Shown one piece after another: positions 40,505 to 51,632 of a stretch of DNA of 64,000 nucleotides. The stretch spans positions 40,362,001 to 40,426,000 of the forward strand of contig JAGIQG010000013.1 of the NCBI GenBank assembly GCA_024679065.1, read 5' to 3'. How positions within the stretch are numbered: the first letter of the stretch is position 1; the number at the start of each line of letters is the position of its first letter. Origin of the DNA: Sphyrna mokarran (Eukaryota). The notes below the pieces were generated by a model, which was given only the letters and a program-made list of their open reading frames with translations, was not told the DNA's origin and searched no databases. Made by a program: the position numbers and the translations under genes.

Positions 40505-41335
40505 TATGGACTTTCAAAAGGCACATCGATAAAGTACCAAATGATCAATTTGTTAGCAAAATTGAAGCCCTTGGGATTAAAAGGATGTTGGCAATGTGGA
40601 TGTGAAGTGTGGCTAAGAGACAGTAAGCAGAGACTAGGGTTGTACAGTTGGCTGGTAACCTGGAGGAAAGTATACAGTGGCATCCACAGTGATTTAGTAT
40701 TAGAACTATTGCTGATTTTGATTTATATTAATGACCTGGACTTCAGGGCATAATTTATGAAGCTTGCAGATGATACAAAACTGCTATGTAATAAACAGTA
40801 AAGAGGATAATAACAGACTTCAGGAGGTCTTTGACAGATACATGGCAAATGTAATTTTAGACAGAGCAGTAAGAAATGTTACATTTTTGTAGGAAGAATG
40901 AGGAGCTGAGTGGCCATGGGCTGCATATACATAGATTTTTGAAGGTGACAAGGCAAGTTGCAAAGTCCAGGATCCATGACTTTATAAAGAGGCAAAAGTG
41001 AGAAAAAGCAAGCAGCTTATGCTAAACTTTTTATAAAGTGCTAATTAGGTCCCTGCTAGAGTATATTGTCCAATTGTAGACACCAAACTTCATGAAGGAT
41101 GTCAGGATCTTAGAGAAGGATAAAAAGATTTACTAGAAAGGTACAAGGTTCTTCAGTTACATGGAGAGTCTAGAGAAGCTATACTTGCTCTCTTTGGAGC
41201 AGGTAAGGGTGAGAGAAGACCTAACCAAGAAGGGTGTTTAGTTACAGTAAATTAAGATAGACAATTTCTAGTGGCAGAGGTATTGGTAACAAGTGGCCGT
41301 AGATTTAAAGCAATGGAAAAAGAACCAGAGGTATG
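40505..41335 (+). mobile_element. CR1-type LINE, decayed reverse transcriptase region
   Basis: Frameshifted motifs DFQK..DKVP, LILIYINDLD and KLADDTKL, with many stops. Confidence 0.8.
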
Positions 41336-41358
41336 ATATGGACTTTTTGGAGTGTAAT

Positions 41359-41862
41359 ATTTGATTTGTTATTGTCACGTGTATTTGAATATAGTGAAAA
41401 GTATTGTTTCTTGCACGCTATACAGACAAAGCATACTGTTCATAGAGAAGGAAAGGAGAAAATGCAGAATGTGTAGTGTTACAGTCATAGCTGGGTGTAG
41501 AGAAAGATTAACTTAAGGTAGATCTGATCAGAAGTCTGATGACAGCAGGGAAGAAGCTATTCTTGAGTCATTTGATACATGACCTCAGACTTTTGTATCT
41601 TTTTCTTGACAGAAGAACGTGGAAGAGAGAATATCCAGGGTGCATGGGGTCCTTAATTATGTCGGCTGCTTTTCCAAGACAGCAGCAAGTATAGATAGGA
41701 TCAGTGAATAGGAGGCTGCTTTGTGTGATGGATTGGGTTTCAGTCACAACTCTTTTGTAGTTTCTTGTGATATTGGTCAGAGCAGGAACTATACCAAGCT
41801 GTGATATAACCAGAAATAATGCTTGCTTTCTATAATGCATCTGCAAAAATTGGTGAGAGTAA
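41359..41862 (-). mobile_element. Rex1/Babar-like LINE 3' end, decayed
   Basis: Minus-strand translation (ORF 41568..41846) contains CLGKAADIIKDPMHPGYSLFHVLLSRKRYKSL, typical of the Rex1-type C-terminus. The 3' tail is (AAATC)n-like. Confidence 0.75.
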
Positions 41863-43339
41863 ATTAATTGCTGTGATCAGACATGCACACCCTGAAAGAT
41901 AGTGGAAGCAGGTTTTGTAATTTTCTAAAGAGAATTGGATAAATACTTCATTGAAAATTACTTGCAAGAGGAATGAACAGGTAAGTGAGATACCTGTAAA
42001 TGGGATAGAGTTTTCAAAGGGCCACCACAAACACAATGGCCCATATGAACCAAGATCATGATGACCTGCTCTTTTTATTAAAAGACACTTGTGAATCAGT
42101 TTGATTTTTGTGACAATCTGACAGTTTCAGGGTTACTTGCTTTTATAGATTTCAGGGGATTTATTTTTAAATAACTGAATTCTAGACAGATTTCCTTGGG
42201 TGAGATTTGTTTCTCTGAATCATTACTCCAGATCTCTGGATAATCATCTGTTACAGTTCCTGGTTTGAAATTTGTGTTCTTGCCCTGGCCCGTGGAATGA
42301 GCTTTGCAGGTTTTTAATTGGTGTTTACCGGTCAGATTTTTTTTGCATTCCACATCTGGCTTTGCAGCAATATCACCATCTGAACCACTTAAAACAATGG
42401 TTTGCTGGGTTAAAGTGTGAATAATCAATTAATTGGATAGTTCATTTCCACAGACCTTGAAAATTTGAAAACCATAATTTAAACATGCAAGAGAGAGATG
42501 TATTTTCACTGTATAAACAACGGCAAAAATAGCAATGATATTGATCTGATGATGCTTACCACTAACCTTGAAGAACGCTGCCCACAAAAACTTTGTGACA
42601 TTTGAGTGTGTGGGAGTCTTCTCTTTCCCAATATCAGTTTGAGGCAAAGGGATCTCCATTTGTCCAGCAATGGCAAGCAGGGTGAAGAGCCAATCATATT
42701 GATGTATTCTCCTAAGCAGCAAATCAGGAAGTAAAATGCACTGATTAAAAAAAATTAAATTGAATAATTTAAGGAGAAAAAAATAAATTATTGGCTCATA
42801 TGAGATTAAGTTGGATGCTAAAATATCAAACTTTCAAACAAATATAAAAATATTAAAGAAATTTGTGGCTGCTTAGAATATTATTTTATTTGTTCATTTA
42901 ATATATATTGCCAGCAAAGCTAACATTTATTGCCTGTCTTTTAACTGTTCTTGAGAAGCTGACTTATGATCTTAGTGCATTGGTAAAGACTGAGTTATAT
43001 CACTATCAATAAGGTGAAAATTTTTAAAGGTTTTTACAGTGGGACTAAAAGAATACAAGGACATGTTTTCATCAATTCAGTGATTTCTAATTAATTGCAA
43101 TCTGGGGAATTTCAACAGTGCACCCTGCAGTGAAGTGTAATGTCACTGACAACAACTTCTGGATCTCTGTGTTTAACTGTGAATGTATGAACTCCTGAAA
43201 TTGCTGTCAGTTTCAGAGGAGTAATGATGGCAAATGCTAACAGTTCACTGTCATTACAATGGCAAATCCAAGTCACTGGATGTTTAAATTTTTTTAAAAT
43301 CCTAACGTGCATCAGAAAGAGAGAGATCAGGGAATGGAC

Positions 43340-44680
43340 AGTTAATAACAAAGGGAAATATTAGGAAAACAATGTACAAATTCTTGGCTTTTGGAAGTGA
43401 GGAGAAGAGATTGCTTTAATGAATGTTGTAAAGGGCATGGCTGTGGCAGCTAAAGGATTTGGCAGCAAAGGAGAGAATGGGGTTTTAATAGCAGGCCAGA
43501 GGTGCAGAACTTGTGGAAAAGGAATAGGGTTGAAGGCAGTAGCAAATAAAATCTAGTGAGGCCATGGAGGAATTTGTAAATTAGAAAAATGAATGCATTA
43601 AGTAGAGGTACCAATGTAGGTGAGCAAGAATAGAATGATGGATGAGCAGGACTTAAGGCAGAATAGTTTATAAACCTGGAACAAGTTGCAATTAGTTCAG
43701 GGCACGATACTGCAGTGGTAGAAATAAGTAGTCTTGGTGACAGATGGAATATTATTTGAAGTCTAGGCCAGAATCAAACTGGACCTGCGCTTTGACATAG
43801 GCTGATTTAGACTAAGTGGATAGCCAGGGAAAAGGGATGAGCTTTGTGCAAAGAAGTAAAGTTTGTGATGGGTACTGAAAGAGAGAACTTCAGACTTCTC
43901 AATACCCAGCTGGATTGAACTGAATTGATGTTGGACAAAAAGAGTCAAAAGAAATAGAACAGAGGTAGACCTGGGTTTCAAAAATCATAAAAAGGAAGTT
44001 AACCCCGTACGTGCAAATGGTGTTACTTGGGGACAACAAATAAGTAAGAAAGGTTTATGAAAAAATCCTTGAGAGAAATGATATATGACGGTGCATGTAG
44101 GAGAATAAAAACTATTGCTGGAAACATGTTGATTGCATTCAGATAGATAGAAGCAGACTGCATAATGGAGGAAGGCGGTGTGATAAATCATGTTAAATAA
44201 TTTGGGAAGGCTACAGAGGACAAAGAAGACAACACACATGTCTCTCAGAGTGTTTGTGATTTTGGTTAGTGCTGTTTTGTTGCAGTAAGAAAGAAAGCAA
44301 ACTGGTGGGGTTTGAATAGGGAACTTTATGGGTCATGACATATTTGAGAACTTTGCAGAGGGAGGGAAGTTAGTGAAATGTCATTAGCGAGGAGGGATGG
44401 GTTATTTGAGATAGTCTCATAAAAGAAAATGGGATCAGAAGGGAAAGCTGAGTGGTCAGGAATTGATTGCGGGGGGTGGAAACAACTGGGTCAGGATCTG
44501 TTGGATTCTGATAACTTAGGAGATGGCATGGTGGAAATACTACAAGATGACAATACATGGGACGTTATGGGAAAGTTGGGGAGAGAGAAAGTGGTATATA
44601 CTGTTGCATGGTTAGTTTCAATCTTAGAGACAAAATCCATAGTTCTTTACTCTTGGGTCTGGCCTTGCCTTCAAGAATGA
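43340..44680 (-). mobile_element. Old L2-like LINE fragment
   Basis: Purine-rich decayed sequence with L2-like wording. No intact ORF; family assignment is tentative. Confidence 0.4.
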
Positions 44681-45122
44681 ACTGGAAGTAATGAATTGTC
44701 CTTGAGACAGCACATGTGAGGTACACACAGAGAGGGCATCATGGTTGAGAGTCAGTCTTGATTTGTTGGATGCAGATTACAGATGGATGCAAGAGAGCAG
44801 TATCATAACTTGAGAATGTTGATATTTTGTACACAGCAAGTGAATTTGTGATTACCAGCACAGTTGCTTTATTTTCCTTTTCATAGCGGCATCATCATTA
44901 AGAGTTAAGGTGTCTGATTTAAATGTTTGCTATGTTATTATGACTGTTTTATTTGTCCATTCTAATTTTTTTTTAATCTTGCATGCTAACTTATAATAGA
45001 TTTTATCAATTTATTAAAACGGCAACTCTGAGTAGGACCTAAAACATAGCAAAATTGAAAAGAACACAAACTGATGAGTAGAATGTATGTAATAAATAAA
45101 TTATTTTTCTAATTCTATCCAG

Positions 45123-47987
45123 GTGGATACAACCTCAGTGAGACAAATTGATCGTCTTAGAGCTGCCAGTGGGATCATGCAAGAAGAACTGAGGAGCCAT
45201 AATGGTATTATGTATCCTACTGCACGTGGGCTTAGAAATGAAAAGGAACAAGAGGCTGCAGTTGCAATGGCCAGCTTGGGATTTATGACTGACAGAATAT
45301 CTGATTTGAATTATAAATCACATCCGTCAGAAACCCTAGAAAATGGTAGCGGTTGCACAAAGCCCCATGAAAGCTTCAGCACACTGTACAAATCACCAAC
45401 TGGATTACAAAACACTGCTGGTGCGAGAGGTGAACCATTGGGACTAGAAGGATCCTCGGCTGGTAAACAAACTCCAGTAAATGGAACTGGTCCTAATTAT
45501 CTGCGAATTCCATGGGTTAGCCCGTACATGGAGAGCCCAGCACCGGGGATGTATCCATTTGTGGACTCGCCAAGCAAGTACCCAATGAACATGTATAAAA
45601 CGTGCTTGATACCTTCGCAGAATTCTTATGGCTTACCACAACACATCTCCTATTCACCTGTCTGTAGTCACAGTGATCGCTTCTTGTACATACCACCTCC
45701 ACATTATGGTTTGCCTCACATACCTTCATCTCTTCCTTCCCCGCTAAGGATTACACCGGCTGCAACATCACCTATAATGTCTTCTATGGTTCATTGTCCT
45801 GATAAATGTCTATCAGGAATAATGACAGGTAATCCTAGATTGCCGGTTGATCCACACATTTTGACACATCAGATACCTAGTAGCAAGAAATCAAGGGCTA
45901 CAGCTAGTGAAAAGTCAAACGCTACTAGCATTTCTACAGACCCTGCTTCACTGTTGCAATCTCCCAAGCCACCTTCTCGTCTTCATCTATCCTCATCACA
46001 AGTCGGAGAGAGCTCTTCAGAATTTCAGAAGCATCTTGCCAGGATATCTGGTCCTACTCCTGCAATGCCACTTCCGCATGGTTATTTAAACCTAAGTAGT
46101 GAATTTACTTCTCCAGCACGATCAACAAACAGTAAAAATTCAAAACCACCAGAATCTAGTGAAAATTTCCAACAAACAATAACACACGCACGAAACTCTC
46201 AGTCTGAACAAAAAACTACTAAGTCTCCATCACAGCAAGAAACACAAACACCCACCAAAGACTGCAATGAGAAGCCTCTAGATCTGTCTTCTAAAGTAGG
46301 CTGTGGTGAGACATCGAATGATCAGGTATCAAAGGCTGAGAGTACTGATAAGGTAGTGCCAGCATTAGCACCTGGCAAATGGCGAAACAACTCCTCACTG
46401 TCTGGCAGGGAAACACTGTCTAGCAGGGAAACTCATTCTGAAGGTTTTTCAACTTCAACACACAGTGATCTCCCTATTGAAAGACCTGCTATTATCAACA
46501 AATTGCACTCTACCTGGGCCATTCCTGGTACTAGTTCTCCTGGAGACCATCAAACCAGTAGTATCTTGGTGAGCAATAAAACACTAGAGCGTATAATTCC
46601 ACATCAGAGGAGTTCCTCGTGCCCTAGGATTGGGAGTTCCAATGGTTCTGTAAATCATATTCCATGTTCAGTCTCTGGATTGGGCCGACCTGCCTCTGCT
46701 TCACCATCGCCTAATGTTAGTACTGAATGGGGCCACTCTGAAAAGACCCATAGGAATAACTCCTCAAATAAAACATCTGTGATTCACCAAACAGGGCAGT
46801 CCTCTCCAGTACCCAATAAGCAAACTAAAGGGACCAAAGGTGGTTGTCAGGATTTTGTTTCACATGTAACTGAAAGTGGTCATTCATCAAGTTCAATATT
46901 TCTAACTCCAAATGAAACATTTCTTTCGCCACCTTTACCATATTCAAACAGATATTTCACATACTCCACACCAGAAGGAATCCCGATTGGCCATCTCCCC
47001 TTACCTGATAAAGGACTTGTATTTCCCCATCCTGCCTTATTGCCTAATGGCAATTTATATGCAGGAAACCTGGCACCAAAGCACAGACTTTCTTATAGCA
47101 GCTTGCCAACGTGCAGAGGTGAATACACCATGTTTCACAACACTCAACATTTAATCAGCCCCATCATCTCGCCACACACTTCTCAAGAAGAGAAAAGAAG
47201 TGAGGGAGCACAGCGACGATCCAGATCACATGATCGGCTTCGATGCAGTGAAGAGCCAGTTAACAGAGAGAGACCATCAGAGATTTCACAAAAGTTAAAT
47301 GCAACTCAGCAACATGTTTCAGCTGGAGCTGAACTCTCATGTAGTAATCCAAAGAATCATGGCAAAACAGTTGCCAAAGATAACAAGGACAAACACTTAA
47401 TCATAGAACACACTGATCAATGGGGAAAAATTGAAGCAAAAGCATCTAAAAAAGGCATCCTGCTAGAAGGGAACAACAAACAATATTCTGCAAAGGAAAT
47501 CAGTGAGAGAACAGTTGACCCTGTGGAAGCCAGCGTCATACAAGATAGTGTCCAAAAAGACAAAGATGGCCATAAGGCAGTAGAAATGTGTAGCTCGTCA
47601 CAGGGTCAGTGTTTACCAAATCAGAACTTAAACAAAAATTTTATTTCAGACTGCCAAAGTAAAGAGAGTGCAACAGTTCTGGTCGCTGACCTAACAGCGA
47701 GTGGTCGCATAGTTGATGGTGTTGCCACATCTTCGGGCAACACGCATACCGTTAAGGAACTTGGTGCTGAAACTGAGCAGTTTTTGGCTCAATTGAATCA
47801 CAGTGATACCAAAGACAGAACTGATGACTTGGACATAGCAGCTGCTAAATTTATGAAGCCGAAAAAATCTAACCTAACAAAACGAATTGCAAACTCAGCT
47901 GGGTATGTGGGAGATAAATTTAAGTGTGTCACAACAGAACTCTATGCTGACTCTAGCCAGCTTAGTCGAGAACAGCGAGCATTACAG
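45123..47987 (+). CDS. BCOR: BCOR large exon 4 equivalent (955 codons)
   Basis: ORF 45123..47999, with acceptor ttctatccag|GTG and donor TTACAG|gtgagt. BCOR-typical blocks: YLRIPWVSPYME, YPFVDSPSKYPMNMYK, RFLYIPPPHY, KPLDLSSK, HQRSSSCPR, RPASASPSPN and KRIANSAGYVGDKFKCVTTELYADSSQLSREQRALQ. Confidence 0.98.
46275..46289 (+). other. PLDLS motif (CtBP-binding-type PxDLS) in BCOR
   Basis: CCTCTAGATCTGTCT encodes PLDLS in the exon 4 frame. Confidence 0.75.
46482..46532 (+). other. BCL6 BTB-binding domain (BBD)-equivalent peptide RPAIINKLHSTWAIPGT
   Basis: Aligns by position and by the II...S.W..PG pattern with the human BCOR BBD RSEIISTAPSSWVVPGP. Confidence 0.7.
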
Positions 47988-48279
47988 GTGAGTTGTTGAC
48001 TTGTTTATCATAGTCACTTAAATTGTTGAACAAAACTGGTAAGACCTTTTTAATTTTCAACACTTGATGTTCTCAGTGCTTGAAAAAGATTTAGAGCTAC
48101 TGAAGGAATTTGTAAAATTCAGAGAGAAGAGCCTTTTTTCCTCTTGAACTTTCTGCTTTGAATTGTATCCAATACTATGCTGTGGTATAGAATTGTCTTG
48201 CTGATTATTCTATTGTAATAATTTCATCAACATGTGAGTAATGATGCGTAGCAACAATTAGTCCAAATTGTTCTTGGAA

Positions 48280-48550
48280 TATTGGCAACACTAGCAAGAC
48301 AATATTTACTGTTCTTCCCTAATTGTCCTGAGGAATTAAGGACCAACTACATATTATAGGAGATGAGTCACATGTAGGTCAGACTTGGCAAGGCTTGCAG
48401 GATTAATGACAAATCTTTAGCTTTTATGGTAATTTTATCCATAAATTACCAAATATTTTGGATTCCATTTCTCAAAATGTCATGGTGGAATTGAACTGAA
48501 GACTTGCTGGTTGCTAATCCAATATTGTGACACTAGACCGCTGTAACCAT
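48280..48550 (-). mobile_element. Second SINE family, decayed copy
   Basis: gagtcacatgtaggtcagacttggcaagg...catggtggaattgaactg...ctaatccaat. Confidence 0.55.
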
Positions 48551-49284
48551 GTAATATTTTGGCTTGTCTCAAAAATGTTGCCAGCAGTCTTGCGACATTA
48601 AGATCAAATGTCCTTTGTTTTTCATGATCAGTAATCTTTTTCTGTATAGTCAAATCATCCCAATGCAAAGCATTTTCAAAAAAAGTGGGGAAAAAATAAT
48701 GTTTGTGTGTGTGTGTGTGGTTTTTTTTAAGTTGAGTAGTCAGGGAATGTGCTACAGACTTGTACACTGTCACGTTTTCGCTTTGTCTTTTGTATATGTG
48801 GTTGTGCTGCTCAATGCAAATGAATTTTTGGAACTGCGTACACATATGTAATTTTATGTCCATGGACACCCCTATTCTATATTTCTGTATCATGCTCAGA
48901 TGTTAGACATTGTCTGCTGTTATTGCTCTTGGACCAAATCTTTAAACCTGGATAAAACCAATTAGTAACATTGTGGTCAGTAGGCCCACAAAACTAAACC
49001 TTCCCCCTGTGGTAATGATATTATAACTGTATGGGTCCATCTGCTGTGGTGTGAACAAGGTGAATTCCTTCCAATTCATGCTTCTATGCGCTTTTTCACA
49101 CATCTGTACTCAGCATTCTATACGTGTTTATTGTTTGTAAGATCTTCAGTAAACATTGCAGCTTTACACATATTTCTGATAGGTGATAAGCCACTTGATT
49201 TTCATTCTTATTGTGAAATATTGGTTTATGTCTGTAAAAATGAATGAAAAAGTTCCCCACTGAGTGATCATTTTAATTGAATAG

Positions 49285-49341
49285 ATGGAAGGATTATCAC
49301 AAGAGGACAGTATTTTATATCAGCCTGCTGCTTACTGTGAG
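49285..49341 (+). CDS. BCOR: BCOR small cassette exon (exon 5 equivalent), MEGLSQEDSILYQPAAYCE
   Basis: Bounded by aatag|ATG and GAG|gtcagt; 57 nt, phase 0-0. Matches human MEGLQEDSILCLPAAYCE with one extra residue. Confidence 0.93.
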
Positions 49342-49730
49342 GTCAGTTCTTCAGATTTTTCTCAGATTATTTTAACTGAAATGAAAAGAACTGTTAAATG
49401 ATTTTCATGAACAAAGTTTGGGCAGTGAGCCAATAGATGTGGACCCCAAGATGAGTGTACAAACTACTTCCCTCGTGTTGTGTTGAAACTCTCAAGCATG
49501 TTTCAGGATTGTGTGCAACAGAAATATACTGATTTTTTTTGTATAGTACAACATTCTCCCTTTTTCATGTGGACGCTATAGCTTTTTATTAAATAGTTCA
49601 TCAATACAACTTAGCACTTTTCAGTGTTTTAGAAAACCTTTCAATGGACGTACAGTATAGGGGTGAAAACAAGACAAATTTGATACAAATAAACTATGTC
49701 ATTATTTCATTTTTACATTTATGGTCCTAG

Positions 49731-49911
49731 CGTGCTATGATGCGTTTCTCTGAGCTCGAGATGAAGCAACGGGATGATCGAGTATCTGAAGACTCATTTG
49801 AGGACAGCAAATTGAGCGACACAGAGAGCAAAATCTTCATGGGAAAGAAGGAGAAGAAGTCAAAGGGAGATTCAGAAGAAGAGAATACATCAGTGGAAAA
49901 TTTTGATGAAT
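49731..49911 (+). CDS. BCOR: BCOR exon 6 equivalent, RAMMRFSELEMKQR...ENFDE
   Basis: Acceptor ggtcctag|CGTGCTATGATG; RAMMRFSELEMK is a conserved BCOR block; donor GAAT|gtgagt (phase 1). Confidence 0.95.
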
Positions 49912-51470
49912 GTGAGTGATATCAGCAATTGCAATATTAAAAGGTTATTTGCATTGTTAAAATGTTGATTATAATCTCTAGTACTGATTGGTGCACTTAA
50001 ATTCCCATGGAGTCATTGTCTTATTGATAGCTTATTCATTATCACGATAAAGTGACAAATATGATGACAAAAGGTATAGTATCTCTCCAAAATATCTACA
50101 AAATGGAAGAATGAAGTGGTTAGAGCTGCTTATTCTATTGTCAATGAGTTTATATTTGGAATAGACATTGCAGATTCACTATGGTGTATACAATTTATAG
50201 TGTAAATTGACTATTTTAGTGATTGGACTATTTAGACAATAAAATCAGCAACAATTGAGAAATTTTGAACTTATTCAGACAAGTAAGGACTTTTACACAG
50301 CTTTAAAATGCTGAGAATTAGGCTTTTTAATTCAGCAATCTTGACAATCTGGTATTTTTTACATTGTACAAAAGTAAACTAACTTACTGAATGCTGTGCT
50401 TCTTGGAACTTCATCAGGTTTCATGTAACTATAGTATGAAATATTTATTATGCAGTCATACAATGTACACACATATTACAATAAACAACAACAGCTAGCA
50501 CTGATGAAACAAAAGTCCCAAGATGACTCACAGGAGGATTAGGAAACAAAATTTGACACTGAGACACATAGAGCATTTGGTCCTCTGCCATAAATATCTC
50601 CTAAGGAGTGTCTTGAAGAAAGAAAGTTAGTGAAGCAGTGTGCTTTAGGAATGAAATTTCTGAAGTAGGATGATGGCAACTAAAGGCAAGGAAAGAGAAT
50701 TTATTAGTTTAAAATCAATACACCAGCCCAGGAAATAGGAAACCATATGACAACACCCAGCCACCATGCCATGGGAAAATAAAATCAACAATATTTATTA
50801 TTATTTATATATGTTACAAAAATCTATCCAATATAGAGTCTTGAACAGCTATATTTTATATTATTGATTATCAGCGCCAGTACTAATTTCCCTAACATAT
50901 GTCGCATTCTAATTTGTCAGCAAGTACTCAGAAATCACCAACATTGTAGCTTATTTCTGTGCTAACTTAAATGTACGTACATGACCAAGAAAAAAATGTC
51001 CTGAAACTACTTTGTTGCAACATGCTATTTAGTGATACTTGAAGTGCTTTGCAGTCTGTTTTACTAACCTGTCTGCAATTGAGACCGATAGCTGCCATAA
51101 TATTTTGACTGTTTTGAAATTTAGTGAATTTTTAAATACAACCGTGGTAGCATCTAAAGTAAACTTGCTAGGAAAATTGCCACGTCTGTCTGAAGTGCTT
51201 TCCCACAAGAGATGAAAAGTCTTCGGGCCATTTAGCAACACTATGGCAGCTCCACCTTGACTATTTTTATGTGGAAGATGAAAGGCAAATATATATACAA
51301 GCTTACTTACAGGTGTATGATGGTTTTTGAAAGTAGTTTTGAAACCCCAGTTTTAAACAGAAGAAGCCACAATACCAGCAAGCCCACTTCAGTTATGGTC
51401 AAGGAGAAGAGGGGGCTTTTTAAATAACAAAGATTAGCAATTATGATTTTTGGCTACTGAAATTATATTG

Positions 51471-51632
51471 AGAAGTGACACGACGCCAGGTTAAAGTCCA
51501 ACAGGCTTTTTTGGAATCATGAGCTTTCAGAGCACTGCTCCTTCACCTGACGATTCCAGATGCTGTTGGACTTTAAGCTGGTGTTGTGCGAGAACTCTTA
51601 CTGTGCCCATTCCAGCTGGCATCTCCACATCA
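51471..51632. mobile_element. Collapsed Penelope-type inverted terminal repeat remnant
   Basis: Inverted arms 51479-51504 and 51563-51588 (ccaggttaaagtccaacag / ctgttggactttaagctgg) around gagctttcagagcactgctccttca. Confidence 0.6.

Noticed and set aside
45123-47999. 958-aa ORF as a stand-alone single-exon gene
   Set aside because: It starts at GTG right after a splice acceptor and runs three codons past a donor; it is the internal exon 4 of BCOR.
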